Shown in pieces: positions 54,200 through 64,000 of a stretch of 64,000 nucleotides of DNA. The stretch spans positions 96,001-160,000 of the forward strand of contig CAVUAK010000001.1 of NCBI GenBank assembly GCA_963739455.1, in the 5' to 3' direction. Position 1 is the first letter of the stretch; each line of letters starts with the position of its first letter. A program made the translations under genes and the position numbers. A model generated the notes under the pieces. It did no database searches, was not told the origin of the DNA, and worked only from the letters and a program-made list of their open reading frames with translations. This stretch comes from an uncultured Gemmatimonadales bacterium. GTDB taxonomy: Bacteria > Gemmatimonadota > Gemmatimonadetes > Gemmatimonadales > GWC2-71-9.

Positions 54200-55750
54200 A
54201 TGACATCGACTGCCTCTCCCCTGACCGCGACCATTCCGGCCTCGACCCCCCTCGACAAACTGCACATCCCGATTCGGCCACGCTACGACAACTGGATCGG
54301 CGGTGAGTACTCGCCTCCGGCGCGCGGACAGTACTTCGTCAATCCATCACCGATTACCGGACTGCCGCTCTGTGAAGTGGCGCGGTCCACCCACGAAGAC
54401 GTGGACAAGGCGCTCGACTCGGCCCACGCCGCGGCCCTCAGCTGGAACGCCACCTCACCCGCCTACCGCGCCAACATCCTCAATCGCATCGCCGACCGGC
54501 TGGAAGAGAATCTCGAGGCCATCGCTCTCATCGAGACCATCGACAACGGCAAGCCGATCCGCGAGACCGTCGGCGCCGACGTCCCCCTCGCCATCGACCA
54601 CTTCCGCTACTTCGCAGGCTGTATTCGCGCGCAGGAGGGCGGCATCTCCCAGCTCGACAGCGAGACCGTCGCCTATCACTTCCACGAGCCGCTCGGCGTC
54701 GTAGCGCAGATCATCCCCTGGAACTTCCCGCTCCTCATGGCCACCTGGAAGCTTGCCCCCGCGCTCGCTGCCGGGAACTGTGTCGTGCTCAAGCCCGCCG
54801 AGCAGACACCGGTGTCCATCATGGCATTCATGGAGTTGATCGCCGACATCCTGCCGAGTGGCGTGGTGAACGTGGTGCAGGGCTTCGGGGTCGAGGCCGG
54901 CAAGCCGCTCGCCTCGAGCAACCGCATCAGCAAGGTGGCCTTCACCGGCGAGACCACCACCGGTCGCCTCATCATGCAGTACGCCTCCGAGAACCTCATC
55001 CCGGTGACCCTCGAACTCGGCGGCAAGTCGCCCAACATCTTCTTCGCCGACGTCATGCGCGAGGATGACGACTACTTCGACAAGGCGCTCGAGGGATTTG
55101 TCATGTTCGCCTTCAACCAGGGCGAGGTGTGTACCTGTCCCTCGCGCGCGCTGGTGCAGGAGTCGATCTACGATCGCTTCATGGAACGCGCCATCAAGCG
55201 CACGCAGGCCGTCATCGAGGGCAACCCGCTCGACGCGTCCACCATGATTGGCGCACAGGCCTCCAACGACCAGCTCGAGAAGATCCTGAGCTACATCGAC
55301 ATCGGGAAGAAGGAAGGTGCGAAGGTTCTCACCGGTGGCGCGCGCCGCGTCCACAAGGGCGAGCTCAAGGACGGCTACTACGTCCAGCCCACCATCCTCG
55401 AGGGCAACAACCGCATGCGGGTGTTCCAGGAGGAGATCTTCGGCCCCGTCGTCTCCGTCACCACCTTCAAGAATGCGGACGACGCCCTCGCCATCGCAAA
55501 CGACACCCTCTACGGGCTCGGCGCCGGCCTCTGGAGTCGCGATGCCAACACCTGCTACAACATGGGACGCGCCATCAAGGCCGGTCGCGTGTGGACCAAC
55601 TGCTATCACCTCTATCCTGCGCATGCGGCATTCGGCGGGTACAAGCAGTCGGGCATTGGCCGCGAGAATCACCGCATGATGCTGGATCACTATCAGCAGA
55701 CCAAGAACATGCTGGTGAGTTACAGCCCCAAGCGGGCCGGGTTCTTCTAG
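54200..55750 (+). CDS. Acetaldehyde dehydrogenase (AldB/AcoD/ExaC type)
   Basis: [49 protein letters not shown]; followed by DUF779. Confidence 0.93.
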   Translation: MTSTASPLTATIPASTPLDKLHIPIRPRYDNWIGGEYSPPARGQYFVNPSPITGLPLCEVARSTHEDVDKALDSAHAAALSWNATSPAYRANILNRIADRLEENLEAIALIETIDNGKPIRETVGADVPLAIDHFRYFAGCIRAQEGGISQLDSETVAYHFHEPLGVVAQIIPWNFPLLMATWKLAPALAAGNCVVLKPAEQTPVSIMAFMELIADILPSGVVNVVQGFGVEAGKPLASSNRISKVAFTGETTTGRLIMQYASENLIPVTLELGGKSPNIFFADVMREDDDYFDKALEGFVMFAFNQGEVCTCPSRALVQESIYDRFMERAIKRTQAVIEGNPLDASTMIGAQASNDQLEKILSYIDIGKKEGAKVLTGGARRVHKGELKDGYYVQPTILEGNNRMRVFQEEIFGPVVSVTTFKNADDALAIANDTLYGLGAGLWSRDANTCYNMGRAIKAGRVWTNCYHLYPAHAAFGGYKQSGIGRENHRMMLDHYQQTKNMLVSYSPKRAGFF

Positions 55751-55753
55751 CCC

Positions 55754-56140
55754 GTGGACATTGCGCGGGTCGACATCACGCCCGAAGCGACAACCGTGCT
55801 CCGCCAGCTTGTGGCGGAGCACGGTCCGTTGCTCTTCCATCAGTCGGGCGGCTGCTGCGACGGCAGCTCGCCCATGTGCTATCCAGCCAATGAATTCCGC
55901 GTCGGCCAGCGCGACGTGCACCTGGGAGACGTGGACGGCGTGCCGGTCTACATCGGCGGCCTCCAGTTCGAGCTCTGGCGCCACACCCAGCTGCTCATCG
56001 ATGTCGTGCCCGGTCGCGGGGGTGGCTTCTCGCTGGAGACGCCGCTCGGCGTCCGCTTCCTCACACGCTCACGCGTCTTCGATGCAGCGGAGCAGGCATG
56101 GCTTGATGCCTGCCCCGTGCATCTCGGCCCGGTCGGGTAG
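55754..56140 (+). CDS. DUF779 protein
   Basis: HQSGGCCDGSSPMC, DVVPGRGGGFSLE. Confidence 0.92.
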   Translation: MDIARVDITPEATTVLRQLVAEHGPLLFHQSGGCCDGSSPMCYPANEFRVGQRDVHLGDVDGVPVYIGGLQFELWRHTQLLIDVVPGRGGGFSLETPLGVRFLTRSRVFDAAEQAWLDACPVHLGPVG

Positions 56141-56208
56141 GGATTCCCATGCCACGCCTCCTTATCGAGGAGGCCCAGGCCTGATCCCATTATCATCCGG
56201 GCACGGCC

Positions 56209-57402
56209 ATGTCCGGCTTCCTGACGACCCACTCCATTGCCCTCCTCACCCTCGCCATTTTCGAGGCGGTGGTGATCGTCGCGTTGCTCCTGCGCAACCG
56301 GGACCGGGAACGGATCGCCCAGGCCAGGCTGGACGCCGAGATGCGGGTCCGGCTCATCGTCGATCGCGTACCCGTCATGGTCTGGACCGCCCGGCCCGAC
56401 ACCAGCCTCGACTACCTCAACAACACCTGCGTCGAGTTCACCGGGCTCCCGCTTGCTCGGCTGCTGGAGCGCGGCTGGCTCGACACCGTCCACCCCGACG
56501 ATCTGGACCGCATTGTCGGCATCTTCACACCCGCCGTCGAGCAGCGCGAGCCGTTCTGGATGGAGTACCGGATACGTCGGCCGGATGGCTCGTACAGCTG
56601 GGTACTGGACACGGGCGTTCCCCATTACGGTCCGGATGGCGCGTACACCGGCTACATGGGTTGCACAGTCGACGTCACCGGGCGCCGGAAGGCCGAGGAC
56701 CTCTCCCGTGAGCGCCAGGAGGCACTCGAGGCGAGCCGCGACGAGATCCGGCGGCTCGCGGGCCGGCTCATCGAGGCCCGCGACGCCGAGCGCACCCGCA
56801 TCGCGCGTGACCTGCACGACGACGTCAGCCAGCAGCTGGCTGGCATCTCGATCGCGCTCAGTCGCGTGCGACACCGGATGGAGGTACTGGGCACGACGGA
56901 CGACCTGAAGGAGGAACTGCGCGGCTTGCATGAACGCGCCAGCGCCGTCGCACAGAATATTCGCCACATCTCCCACGACCTGCATCCCACCGTGCTGCAG
57001 CACGCCGGCCTGGCCGCAGCACTCGGAGCCAGCTGCGCCGACATCGAGCGCCTGCACGGTACCGTCGCGAGCTGCGTCGTGGAGGGCGACATCACCTCCC
57101 TGGCCCCCGAGGCGGCGCTGTCACTCTATCGCATCGCCCAGGAAGCACTCCGCAACGTCATCGTTCACGCCGGGGCACAGCGCGTCGAGGTGCGGCTCGA
57201 GCAGGTAGACGGCCACGCCGAGCTCTCCGTGACCGATGACGGACGGGGCTTCGACGCCGAGAGCCGCGCCAGCCGTGGATCGGGGCTCGGGTTGGTCAGC
57301 ATCGCCGAGCGCGCGAGGCTCGCCCGCGGCACTCTGAGGGTCTCCTCGCGCACCGGGCACGGCACTACCGTGCGTGTGCGCATTCCCGTGACCATCGCGT
57401 AG
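56209..57402 (+). CDS. PAS-domain sensor histidine kinase (HisKA_3/NarX type) with N-terminal TM
   Basis: VHPDD PAS, ERTRIARDLHDD, YRIAQEALRN, DDGRGF, GLGL. Confidence 0.92.
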   Translation: MSGFLTTHSIALLTLAIFEAVVIVALLLRNRDRERIAQARLDAEMRVRLIVDRVPVMVWTARPDTSLDYLNNTCVEFTGLPLARLLERGWLDTVHPDDLDRIVGIFTPAVEQREPFWMEYRIRRPDGSYSWVLDTGVPHYGPDGAYTGYMGCTVDVTGRRKAEDLSRERQEALEASRDEIRRLAGRLIEARDAERTRIARDLHDDVSQQLAGISIALSRVRHRMEVLGTTDDLKEELRGLHERASAVAQNIRHISHDLHPTVLQHAGLAAALGASCADIERLHGTVASCVVEGDITSLAPEAALSLYRIAQEALRNVIVHAGAQRVEVRLEQVDGHAELSVTDDGRGFDAESRASRGSGLGLVSIAERARLARGTLRVSSRTGHGTTVRVRIPVTIA

Positions 57403-57404
57403 GC

Positions 57405-58046
57405 GTGGTCCACCACCAGCCCCGCCGTACGGCCGTGCTCCTGGCCGACGATCACGCGATCGTCCTCGAGGGACTGTCACGGCTCCTTGCCGATCACGAC
57501 TTCGATATAGTGGGCACGGTCGCCAACGGCGACCTGCTGCTCGATGCCGCCCGCCGCCTTCGCCCCGACATCATCGTCACCGACCTCTCGATGCCGGGCA
57601 TGAGTGTCCTCGAGGTCCTCACCCGGCTCAAGGCCGCGCATATCGACAGCAAGGTCATCGTGCTCACCATGCACAGCGACGCGAACCTCGCCGCCTCGGC
57701 TTTGCGCGCCGGGGCCGCCGGCTTTCTGCTCAAGGAGTCGGCCGGTGAGGAACTCCTGGGGGCGATCAGGCAGGTGCTGCAGGGGCGGGTCTATCTCGCC
57801 CCGGCACTCACGCGGGGCGTCATGGAGCGCATGGCCGCCGGGGACGCGCCGGAGCCGTCACTCACCCCCAGGCAGCGCGATGTCCTCCGGCTCATCGTGA
57901 GGGGCATGCGCATGAAGGAGGTTGCCGCCGAGCTGGGCCTCTCGACCCGCACCGTTGAGGCCCACAAGTACGAGATGATGCAGGTGCTCGGCCTGCACTC
58001 GACCGCCGAGCTCGTCCGCTATGCCATCGATCGGCAGCTCGGCTGA
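57405..58046 (+). CDS. NarL/LuxR-family response regulator
   Basis: LADDH, DLSMP, LTMH, LTPRQRDVL...TVEAHK. Confidence 0.93.
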   Translation: MVHHQPRRTAVLLADDHAIVLEGLSRLLADHDFDIVGTVANGDLLLDAARRLRPDIIVTDLSMPGMSVLEVLTRLKAAHIDSKVIVLTMHSDANLAASALRAGAAGFLLKESAGEELLGAIRQVLQGRVYLAPALTRGVMERMAAGDAPEPSLTPRQRDVLRLIVRGMRMKEVAAELGLSTRTVEAHKYEMMQVLGLHSTAELVRYAIDRQLG

Positions 58047-58051
58047 ATGCC

Positions 58052-58606
58052 TCAGCGAGCCTGGTGAAGCTGCGCTGAAGCCCTCCGGATGCCGGCCACG
58101 GCATACCAGGCGCCGGTAACATAGACCAGCACGCACAGACCCTGCGCCGCGAGCCAGAGGTTTTTCCCCGGCTGTACCGGCTCGAAATAGAAGTTCGGCC
58201 AGATCCGGTTGCCCACCACGTAGAGCACTGCCGCACTCACCAGCATGCCGATGAGCCCGTATGCACAGAGCGTCGGCGCGATGCTCTCCTGACGCGACAG
58301 CGCTGGCGGGGCGCCCTGGCGCATCAGCGCGAGGTAGCAGAGGCCGATCGCGATCATCCCCAGGCCGCCCGCCTTGAGGGTCAGCTCGGCGAGCACCGCC
58401 GGGCATCCCCACCACAGCGTCATGTTCTTCAGGAAACCCGGTCCGACGTCACCCGCGATGGCGCCATGCATGTAGTGAAGAATCGGGACAAATCCGGTGA
58501 CGAACCCGGTGAAGAAGAGAGTGAGGCCCCAGCGGATGTGCTTCCAGCCGATCGACGTGGCGGTGGCGACAGCTTCTCCGCCAATGGGCATCGCGGCGCT
58601 GCTCAT
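58052..58606 (-). CDS. Hypothetical 4-TM membrane protein
   Basis: Four hydrophobic segments; AAGGTAAG upstream of the ATG at 58606. Confidence 0.65.
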   Translation of the reverse strand: MSSAAMPIGGEAVATATSIGWKHIRWGLTLFFTGFVTGFVPILHYMHGAIAGDVGPGFLKNMTLWWGCPAVLAELTLKAGGLGMIAIGLCYLALMRQGAPPALSRQESIAPTLCAYGLIGMLVSAAVLYVVGNRIWPNFYFEPVQPGKNLWLAAQGLCVLVYVTGAWYAVAGIRRASAQLHQAR

Positions 58607-58763
58607 ATTGCTTACCTTGTTGGAAGGGAACAGGTTCGAGAGGCTGCTCCCGCAACACTGCGTTTCGCCAACAACGAAGTCAACGCCACTAGGTAGTTTT
58701 TCGGACCCCGCCCCACCGCACTTCTTCTCTCCCTGACCATCAGTGCCGTTGCGACAATTGACC

Positions 58764-59192
58764 ATGCTCGAAAACAGCCAGGGTCTGGCCCGGCCGCGCG
58801 TACTGCTGGCCGACGATCATGTGGAGACCGCCATGCAGCTCGGCCAGTTGCTCGGCACACGCTTCGATGTCGTCGTAGCGGTGGAGGACGGCCTGGCACT
58901 CCTGAGCGCCGCCGCGATCTTCGCGCCCGACGTCATCGTGACCGACATCGCCATGCCCGGCCTCGATGGGATCGAGGCCACCCGCCTCATCCGGCGCGAC
59001 AACCCCGCCGCCCGCGTGGTCTTCGTCACCGTGCACTCCGAGTCGGCGCTGGTGGATCGCTGTCTCGCCGCCGGGGGAATGGGCTACGTGCTGAAGGATG
59101 CCGCTGGCGAGGACCTGGTGACGGCCGTCGAGGCAGCGCTCCGGGGTGAACGCTTCGTTAGCAAGGACATTCAGTGGAGAACTCGAGGATGA
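58764..59192 (+). CDS. Stand-alone receiver (REC) domain protein
   Basis: LADDH, DIAMP.LDG, FVTVH, YVLK; no output domain. Confidence 0.88.
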   Translation: MLENSQGLARPRVLLADDHVETAMQLGQLLGTRFDVVVAVEDGLALLSAAAIFAPDVIVTDIAMPGLDGIEATRLIRRDNPAARVVFVTVHSESALVDRCLAAGGMGYVLKDAAGEDLVTAVEAALRGERFVSKDIQWRTRG

Positions 59193-60130
59193 GACGGATC
59201 GTCGCGGTAATGCTGCTGGCACTGTCCTTTCCAGTCACTGGGAGCGCACAGCTGGCCGGGGAGCACGCCATGGTCTCCTTCGGCCTCAAGTCAGCCAGCC
59301 AGCCGCCACCGGGAATGTTCCTGGCCCCGCTCTGGTTCAACTGGAACGTCAATGACATCGTCGGCCGTGACGGCACCAAGGTGCCGATTGACCTCACCGT
59401 GAACTCGGTGGCCCTCTTTGGCTGGCTCGTCACCCCGAAGAAGCTGCTCGGCGGTACCTACGGCGCCCAGTTTACCGTGCCGTTTGTCTCCAATGCCCTC
59501 GAGTTGCCAAGGCTCGGTTATGAGAGCAGCGTCGGGCTCGGGTTGGGCGACATCTACCTCATGCCGGTCAACCTCGGGTGGCACCTGCCGCGCGCTGATT
59601 TTCTCGCCGGCCTCGCCGTCTATCTTCCGACCGGCACCTACACGCCCAACGCCAATGACAACCACGGCATGGGCATGTGGTCCTTCGAGATCTCCGGAGG
59701 GTCCACCCTCTACTTCGATAAGGCGCAGCAGTGGCACTTCTCCGCGCTCGGCTACTACGAGATGCACAGCGGCAAGGAAGACCAGGACCTGAGCGTCGGG
59801 AGCATCCTGACCGTCGAGGGTGGGCTGGGCGGCACCTTTCTCAAGGGCGCGCTGTCAGCCGGCGTAGCCTATGGCGCCTCGTGGAAAATGACTGATGACA
59901 GTGGTGCCGATTTCCCCTCCGTTATCCTGCCCGGCAGCAATCATCTCTACACGCTTGGACCCGAAGTCTCTCTCGTTGGCTTCTACAAGCCGCCGTGGAT
60001 GATCTCGCTCACCGCCCGCTACCTCTGGGACGTCGGTGCGAAGTCGAGCTTTGAAGGCAACCGCTTCGTCATGTACGCCACCGTCGGACGGTTGCACCTC
60101 TCCCCCGGGACAGGCGGAGCAGCTAAATAG
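59189..60130 (+). CDS. Outer-membrane channel, phenol MetA-pathway/SphA family
   Basis: Signal peptide, PPPG, GLGD...P..LGWH, PTGTY; beta-barrel pattern. Confidence 0.78.
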   Translation: MRRIVAVMLLALSFPVTGSAQLAGEHAMVSFGLKSASQPPPGMFLAPLWFNWNVNDIVGRDGTKVPIDLTVNSVALFGWLVTPKKLLGGTYGAQFTVPFVSNALELPRLGYESSVGLGLGDIYLMPVNLGWHLPRADFLAGLAVYLPTGTYTPNANDNHGMGMWSFEISGGSTLYFDKAQQWHFSALGYYEMHSGKEDQDLSVGSILTVEGGLGGTFLKGALSAGVAYGASWKMTDDSGADFPSVILPGSNHLYTLGPEVSLVGFYKPPWMISLTARYLWDVGAKSSFEGNRFVMYATVGRLHLSPGTGGAAK

Positions 60131-60163
60131 CAGCACCTGAACACACGACTGAAAGGAAATCGT

Positions 60164-61777
60164 ATGCGCCCGCTTCTGTTTGGCTCGCTCGCACTGCTCG
60201 GAGTCGTCACGGCCACAGGCCCAATTTCAGCACAGGTATCCCAGAAGACGATCGACTCCATCGGCGTTCCCGCAAAGACGGTGACGCGAATCGGTACGCT
60301 CGAGTACAGGGACGGCGTACCCCTGCCGGCCACGGCCGAGAGGGCGTACGACTACCTCGACTTCACCCACGCGGTGGATGTGTACCTCAACACCTTCCAG
60401 GGTGTGTCCACCCAGGCAGTGGCCGAGGGCTTCAAGGCGTCAGGCGTGCAGGACAATCAGATCCTGATCTTCCGCAAATTCATGGATGCGAAGTCGCTCT
60501 ACCTCACCGCCAATGCCGACGTGGTCTACTACATCGGGATCCTCGACCTCACCAAGGGGCCGATGGTGCTCGAGACACCGCCCGGTGCACTCGGCACACT
60601 CGATGACATGTGGTTCAACTGGGTCATCGATTTCGGCAATCCCGGACCGGACCGCGGGGCTGGTGGCCGTTTCCTGGTGCTCCCGCCGGGCTATGACGGT
60701 CCCGTGCCTGAGGGCGGGTTCTACGTCTCACGCTCTGCGACCAGCCGTGTGCTGATCCTGGGCCGCTCGTTCATTGCGAACGACGATCCCAAGCCGACCT
60801 CGGACGAGATCGAGCGCACGCTCAAGATTTACCCCTACGTGCCAGGCACCCTGGGCACGAGCATCGCCCAGATCCTGTCGGGCTCCGTCAGGCCGGGCCG
60901 CCAGGGGGAGATCGCGAAGACGGTGTTTGTCGAGGGCACCGACAAGTCTATGAACACGATCCCGCCAAGCGACTTCGGCTTCTATGAGATGCTCGATCGC
61001 CTGGTACAGGCGGAACCAGTGGGAGCCATCGACGCCGAACGCATGGGGGCGCTCGCCGCCATCGGCATCGTCAAGGGCAAGCCGTTTGCTCCCGACGTAC
61101 GGATGAAGAAGATCCTCACGGAAGCAGCCGCCTCGGCCGCAGCGATGTCGCGCACGCTCTCCTATTTGCCGCGCGAGTCCGAGGGCTGTGGCCTCTATCC
61201 CGGGTCCAGCTGGAACAACTGCCTCTGGGTCGGTGGCTATACCATGGAAACGCCGCCGCCGATGATCACGAAGGAAGGGGTCAAGCCCTTCCCCCCAACC
61301 GGCGCGAAGACGCTCAACGCTCGCACCGCCTTCTTCTACTACGCCACCGGCATCACCCCGGCCATGATCATGCGGCTGCCGGACATCGGCTCGCAGTATC
61401 TCATGGCTTTCCTCGACGCTAACAAGCAGCCGTTCGACGGGGCGAAGACTTACAAGGTCACGCTCCCGCCCAATATCCCGGCCGCCAAGTTCTGGTCGTT
61501 TACGCTCTATGACAACCAGACCCGCTCCATGCTCGACACGCCGCAGAAATATCCCCGCGCCGGCAGCCAGGGCTATCCATCACCGGCAGCGGAGAAGAAC
61601 GCCGACGGCTCCACCACCGTGTACTTCGGCCCGACGCAACCCTCCGGTGTGGCACGCGGGAACTGGATCCAGACCGTCCCAGGCAAGGGCTGGAACACGA
61701 TCCTCCGCCTCTACAGCCCGCTGGAGCCCTTCTTCTCCAAGGAGTGGAGGCCGAGCGAAATCGAGCTGGTGAAGTAG
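60164..61777 (+). CDS. DUF1254/DUF1214 secreted protein
   Basis: LTANADVVY, GPDRGAGG.FL.LPP, GSQY, FWSFTLYD, NADGS, NWIQT, RLY.P. Confidence 0.88.
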   Translation: MRPLLFGSLALLGVVTATGPISAQVSQKTIDSIGVPAKTVTRIGTLEYRDGVPLPATAERAYDYLDFTHAVDVYLNTFQGVSTQAVAEGFKASGVQDNQILIFRKFMDAKSLYLTANADVVYYIGILDLTKGPMVLETPPGALGTLDDMWFNWVIDFGNPGPDRGAGGRFLVLPPGYDGPVPEGGFYVSRSATSRVLILGRSFIANDDPKPTSDEIERTLKIYPYVPGTLGTSIAQILSGSVRPGRQGEIAKTVFVEGTDKSMNTIPPSDFGFYEMLDRLVQAEPVGAIDAERMGALAAIGIVKGKPFAPDVRMKKILTEAAASAAAMSRTLSYLPRESEGCGLYPGSSWNNCLWVGGYTMETPPPMITKEGVKPFPPTGAKTLNARTAFFYYATGITPAMIMRLPDIGSQYLMAFLDANKQPFDGAKTYKVTLPPNIPAAKFWSFTLYDNQTRSMLDTPQKYPRAGSQGYPSPAAEKNADGSTTVYFGPTQPSGVARGNWIQTVPGKGWNTILRLYSPLEPFFSKEWRPSEIELVK

Positions 61778-61798
61778 TAGTGGAATGATGAGATCGTC

Positions 61799-62515
61799 GT
61801 GGAAACGTGCTCGTCGCCAAGGCCGAACCGGGCATCGTTTGGCGCGGTGCTGCTCGCCGTCGCGCTGCTGTGCGCGGCGCGCGAGGGCACCGCGCAAACC
61901 ACGTCGAAGCAATTCTGGCCGGAACTCGAGGTGTTCTACCGGTTGGGCACGCGCGCGCGCCTGTATGCCCTGGCCAACCACACGTTCTCCTCTGACAATC
62001 TCCAGGATGACCAGCAGTACGGGATCAACCTGGATCTCTTCATCAAGCGCGTACTCTCCCCTGTTCTCGACACCCGTGAGCTCGACCGCGGCCAGCCGAT
62101 CATGCTGCGGGTGGGCTACCGCTACGACCTGGACTTCAACCTGCCGGAATCTCCTGTTACAGACAGGATTCTGGTCGAACTCACGGTTCGCTGGACCTTC
62201 AAGGGAGTGACACTCGCCAGCCGGAACAGCATCGATTTCAGGTGGACCGACGGCAGGTACTCGTCTCGCTATCGGACCCGCGCTCGGCTGGAGGTGCCCG
62301 TTTCACTGAAGGGCTACAAACCGGCGCCGTACGCCAGCGCCGAATGGTACTACTCGATCCAGGCCGGGGAGTGGACCAAGGCGAAGTATGAAGTGGGCGC
62401 ACACCTGCCCATTTCCCGGCACATCGCCACTGAGCCTTACGCCGGGTGGGAAACCGACTGGGACCGGACGCCCAGCGTGCGGGCACTGGGCCTGAGGCTC
62501 ATCCTCTCCTGGTGA
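61799..62515 (+). CDS. DUF2490-like outer-membrane beta-barrel
   Basis: Signal peptide, RYRTRARL, PYASAE, terminal aromatic W. Confidence 0.6.
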   Translation: METCSSPRPNRASFGAVLLAVALLCAAREGTAQTTSKQFWPELEVFYRLGTRARLYALANHTFSSDNLQDDQQYGINLDLFIKRVLSPVLDTRELDRGQPIMLRVGYRYDLDFNLPESPVTDRILVELTVRWTFKGVTLASRNSIDFRWTDGRYSSRYRTRARLEVPVSLKGYKPAPYASAEWYYSIQAGEWTKAKYEVGAHLPISRHIATEPYAGWETDWDRTPSVRALGLRLILSW

Positions 62516-62542
62516 AGCACGCAGGGCGTCTCGCGCACCACT

Positions 62543-64000
62543 TCACTCGCCGGCCAGCACCGGGATCAGCAGCCTCGATGATGACGCAATCGTCCGCAGG
62601 CTGCTCGTTCCCACGCTCGCATGCCGGAAGCTCATGATCGCCGGCGTCGCCGGGTCCTGGTCATCGCCCGTCAGGTAGAGCCGCAGCTTGTAGCCCGCCT
62701 TGAGCCGCCGCGCATTCGCCACCAGGGGAATGCGGTATCGCACCACCTCACCGATCGGAACCGCGGTCGCGGTGGTGCAGGGCAGCACCGGGGCGCCGAT
62801 GCGACTCGCCGCTTCATCCACCGCTCGAAGGCTCGCCCTCAGGTAGCCGCCGGTTATCTCGCTCACCTCTCCGCGGTCGTTCACTTCCTGCAGCAGCGCG
62901 ATCCAGCCGGCATCCGCCGCCGTGATGCTGGCGTCGAGTTGCAGCTCGATGTCGCCCACCATGTCCACATCCTTCACGAACGCTTCGGTGGTCCACTCCA
63001 GGTGCGACTGGCGGGTTCGTCTCATGTGCCTGCGGCGGCGGGTTCTGCCCGGCGCTGATTGTCATCATCGACCGCTCGCCCGCGGCACCTTCGCCCTCGG
63101 AGAGCAACCCGTCCGGCCGGAGCGCTAGTTCACGATAACGCGTTCCCGGGATCGGCCACGACTCAGCCGCGTGCCATCCCTCGGCGCCGGGGAGCACATA
63201 GCGGAACTTCGGACCCTCGAGAATCCCGGTGTCCCGTCCCTTGAGCCAGTGATCGAACCAGGCCAGCGCCTCGACATGCAGGCTCTCCCACGGCCAGCTC
63301 AAGCCGTGCTCACCCAGCATCGCCACCTGCACATGCGGACTGTTCGTCAGCTCGGCGAGCGCCGTGAACGTGGACGGCAGGTGCAGCGGCACGTTGTCCC
63401 AGTCGCAGCCGAGATAGACCGGCACCTTCACCTTGTGCAGCAGCGGGCGGAGGTCGCGCTCGTTCCACCACGCGTCGCGCAGTCGGGTGCTCGACGGCGA
63501 TCGAGCGCCACAGGTCGTCCCACGGGTGCGGCGGGTGATGCAGCTTCAGCAGAAGCTTGAGCCCGGTCATCGCGGCTTCACCGTTCATCCGTGTCGAACT
63601 TCTTGTGGATCGCCGGCGTGAGCAGGACCTCGCGGACGGCGCCCAGCAGCTTGCTCCGCCAGAGCTTGTTGGTGTGCGCGGCGTTCATGCCCACCATGGA
63701 GAGGAACGGCGTGACGAAACCCTGCGCTTAGCAGGCCATGGTGCGTGGCCGCCTCGTACAGGTCGGTGGTCACCGCCACCGGCATGATCGCCTTCAGGTG
63801 CGGTGGCTGTTCCACCGCCGCCTCGAGCTGCGTCATCGCGAAATAGCTGATGCCGATCATCCCGACGTTGCCGTCGGACCACGGCTGCTCCGCCGCCCAC
63901 TCGACCAGGTCGTACATGTCCCGGCGTTCCTGCCCGTCGAAGAAGCCGAAGGTCCCGCCCGATCCGCCGGTGCCACGCAGGTTGGCGATGACGTGGACGT
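62543..64000 (-). CDS. CocE/NonD (S15) hydrolase; starts beyond the window; apparent frameshifts
   Basis: NLRGTGGSGG, DMYDLVEWAAEQPWSDGNVGMIGISY, WFDHWLKG, PepX_C-like C-terminus. Confidence 0.88.

Noticed and set aside
54455..55984. Long antisense or alternate-frame ORFs (e.g. 509 aa here, 1514-2902, 23680-25167, 40383-41609)
   Set aside because: Typical high-GC shadow ORFs overlapping well-supported genes, with no recognisable motifs.

Overview
High-GC bacterial chromosomal window, most likely Gemmatimonadota. This is inferred from the expanded 'ALADRYRIERE' Ser/Thr kinase-TM-beta-propeller family and the many secreted peptidases. Many single-base indels split otherwise intact genes, which looks like uncorrected long-read error rather than pseudogenisation. 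Gene content: six Hanks-type receptor kinases plus a 20-codon kinase stub and a PP2C phosphatase; DPP-IV, two M55 and one M24 peptidase; larCEB without larA; an RHH-VapC toxin-antitoxin pair; an aldolase/SDR fusion and a DHDPS-like lyase; DeaD; an HNH-RecQ fusion; tsdA-soxC-soxD-mop; EXPERA, YcaQ, SdpRI and ferritin-like genes; an AcoR-like regulator lacking its AAA+ domain next to aldehyde dehydrogenase-DUF779; a two-component/outer-membrane cluster; and a CocE/NonD hydrolase. No rRNA, tRNA, CRISPR array, transposase or integrase was found. Most notable: (1) several families of 7-9 bp tandem repeats, all in the same strand orientation, that fill intergenic gaps and sit in-frame at equivalent loops of paralogous kinases and in a cytochrome; (2) a ~125-nt intergenic hairpin element in two copies with compensatory base changes; (3) the HNH-RecQ fusion; (4) a MITE-like hairpin with a CAT duplication.
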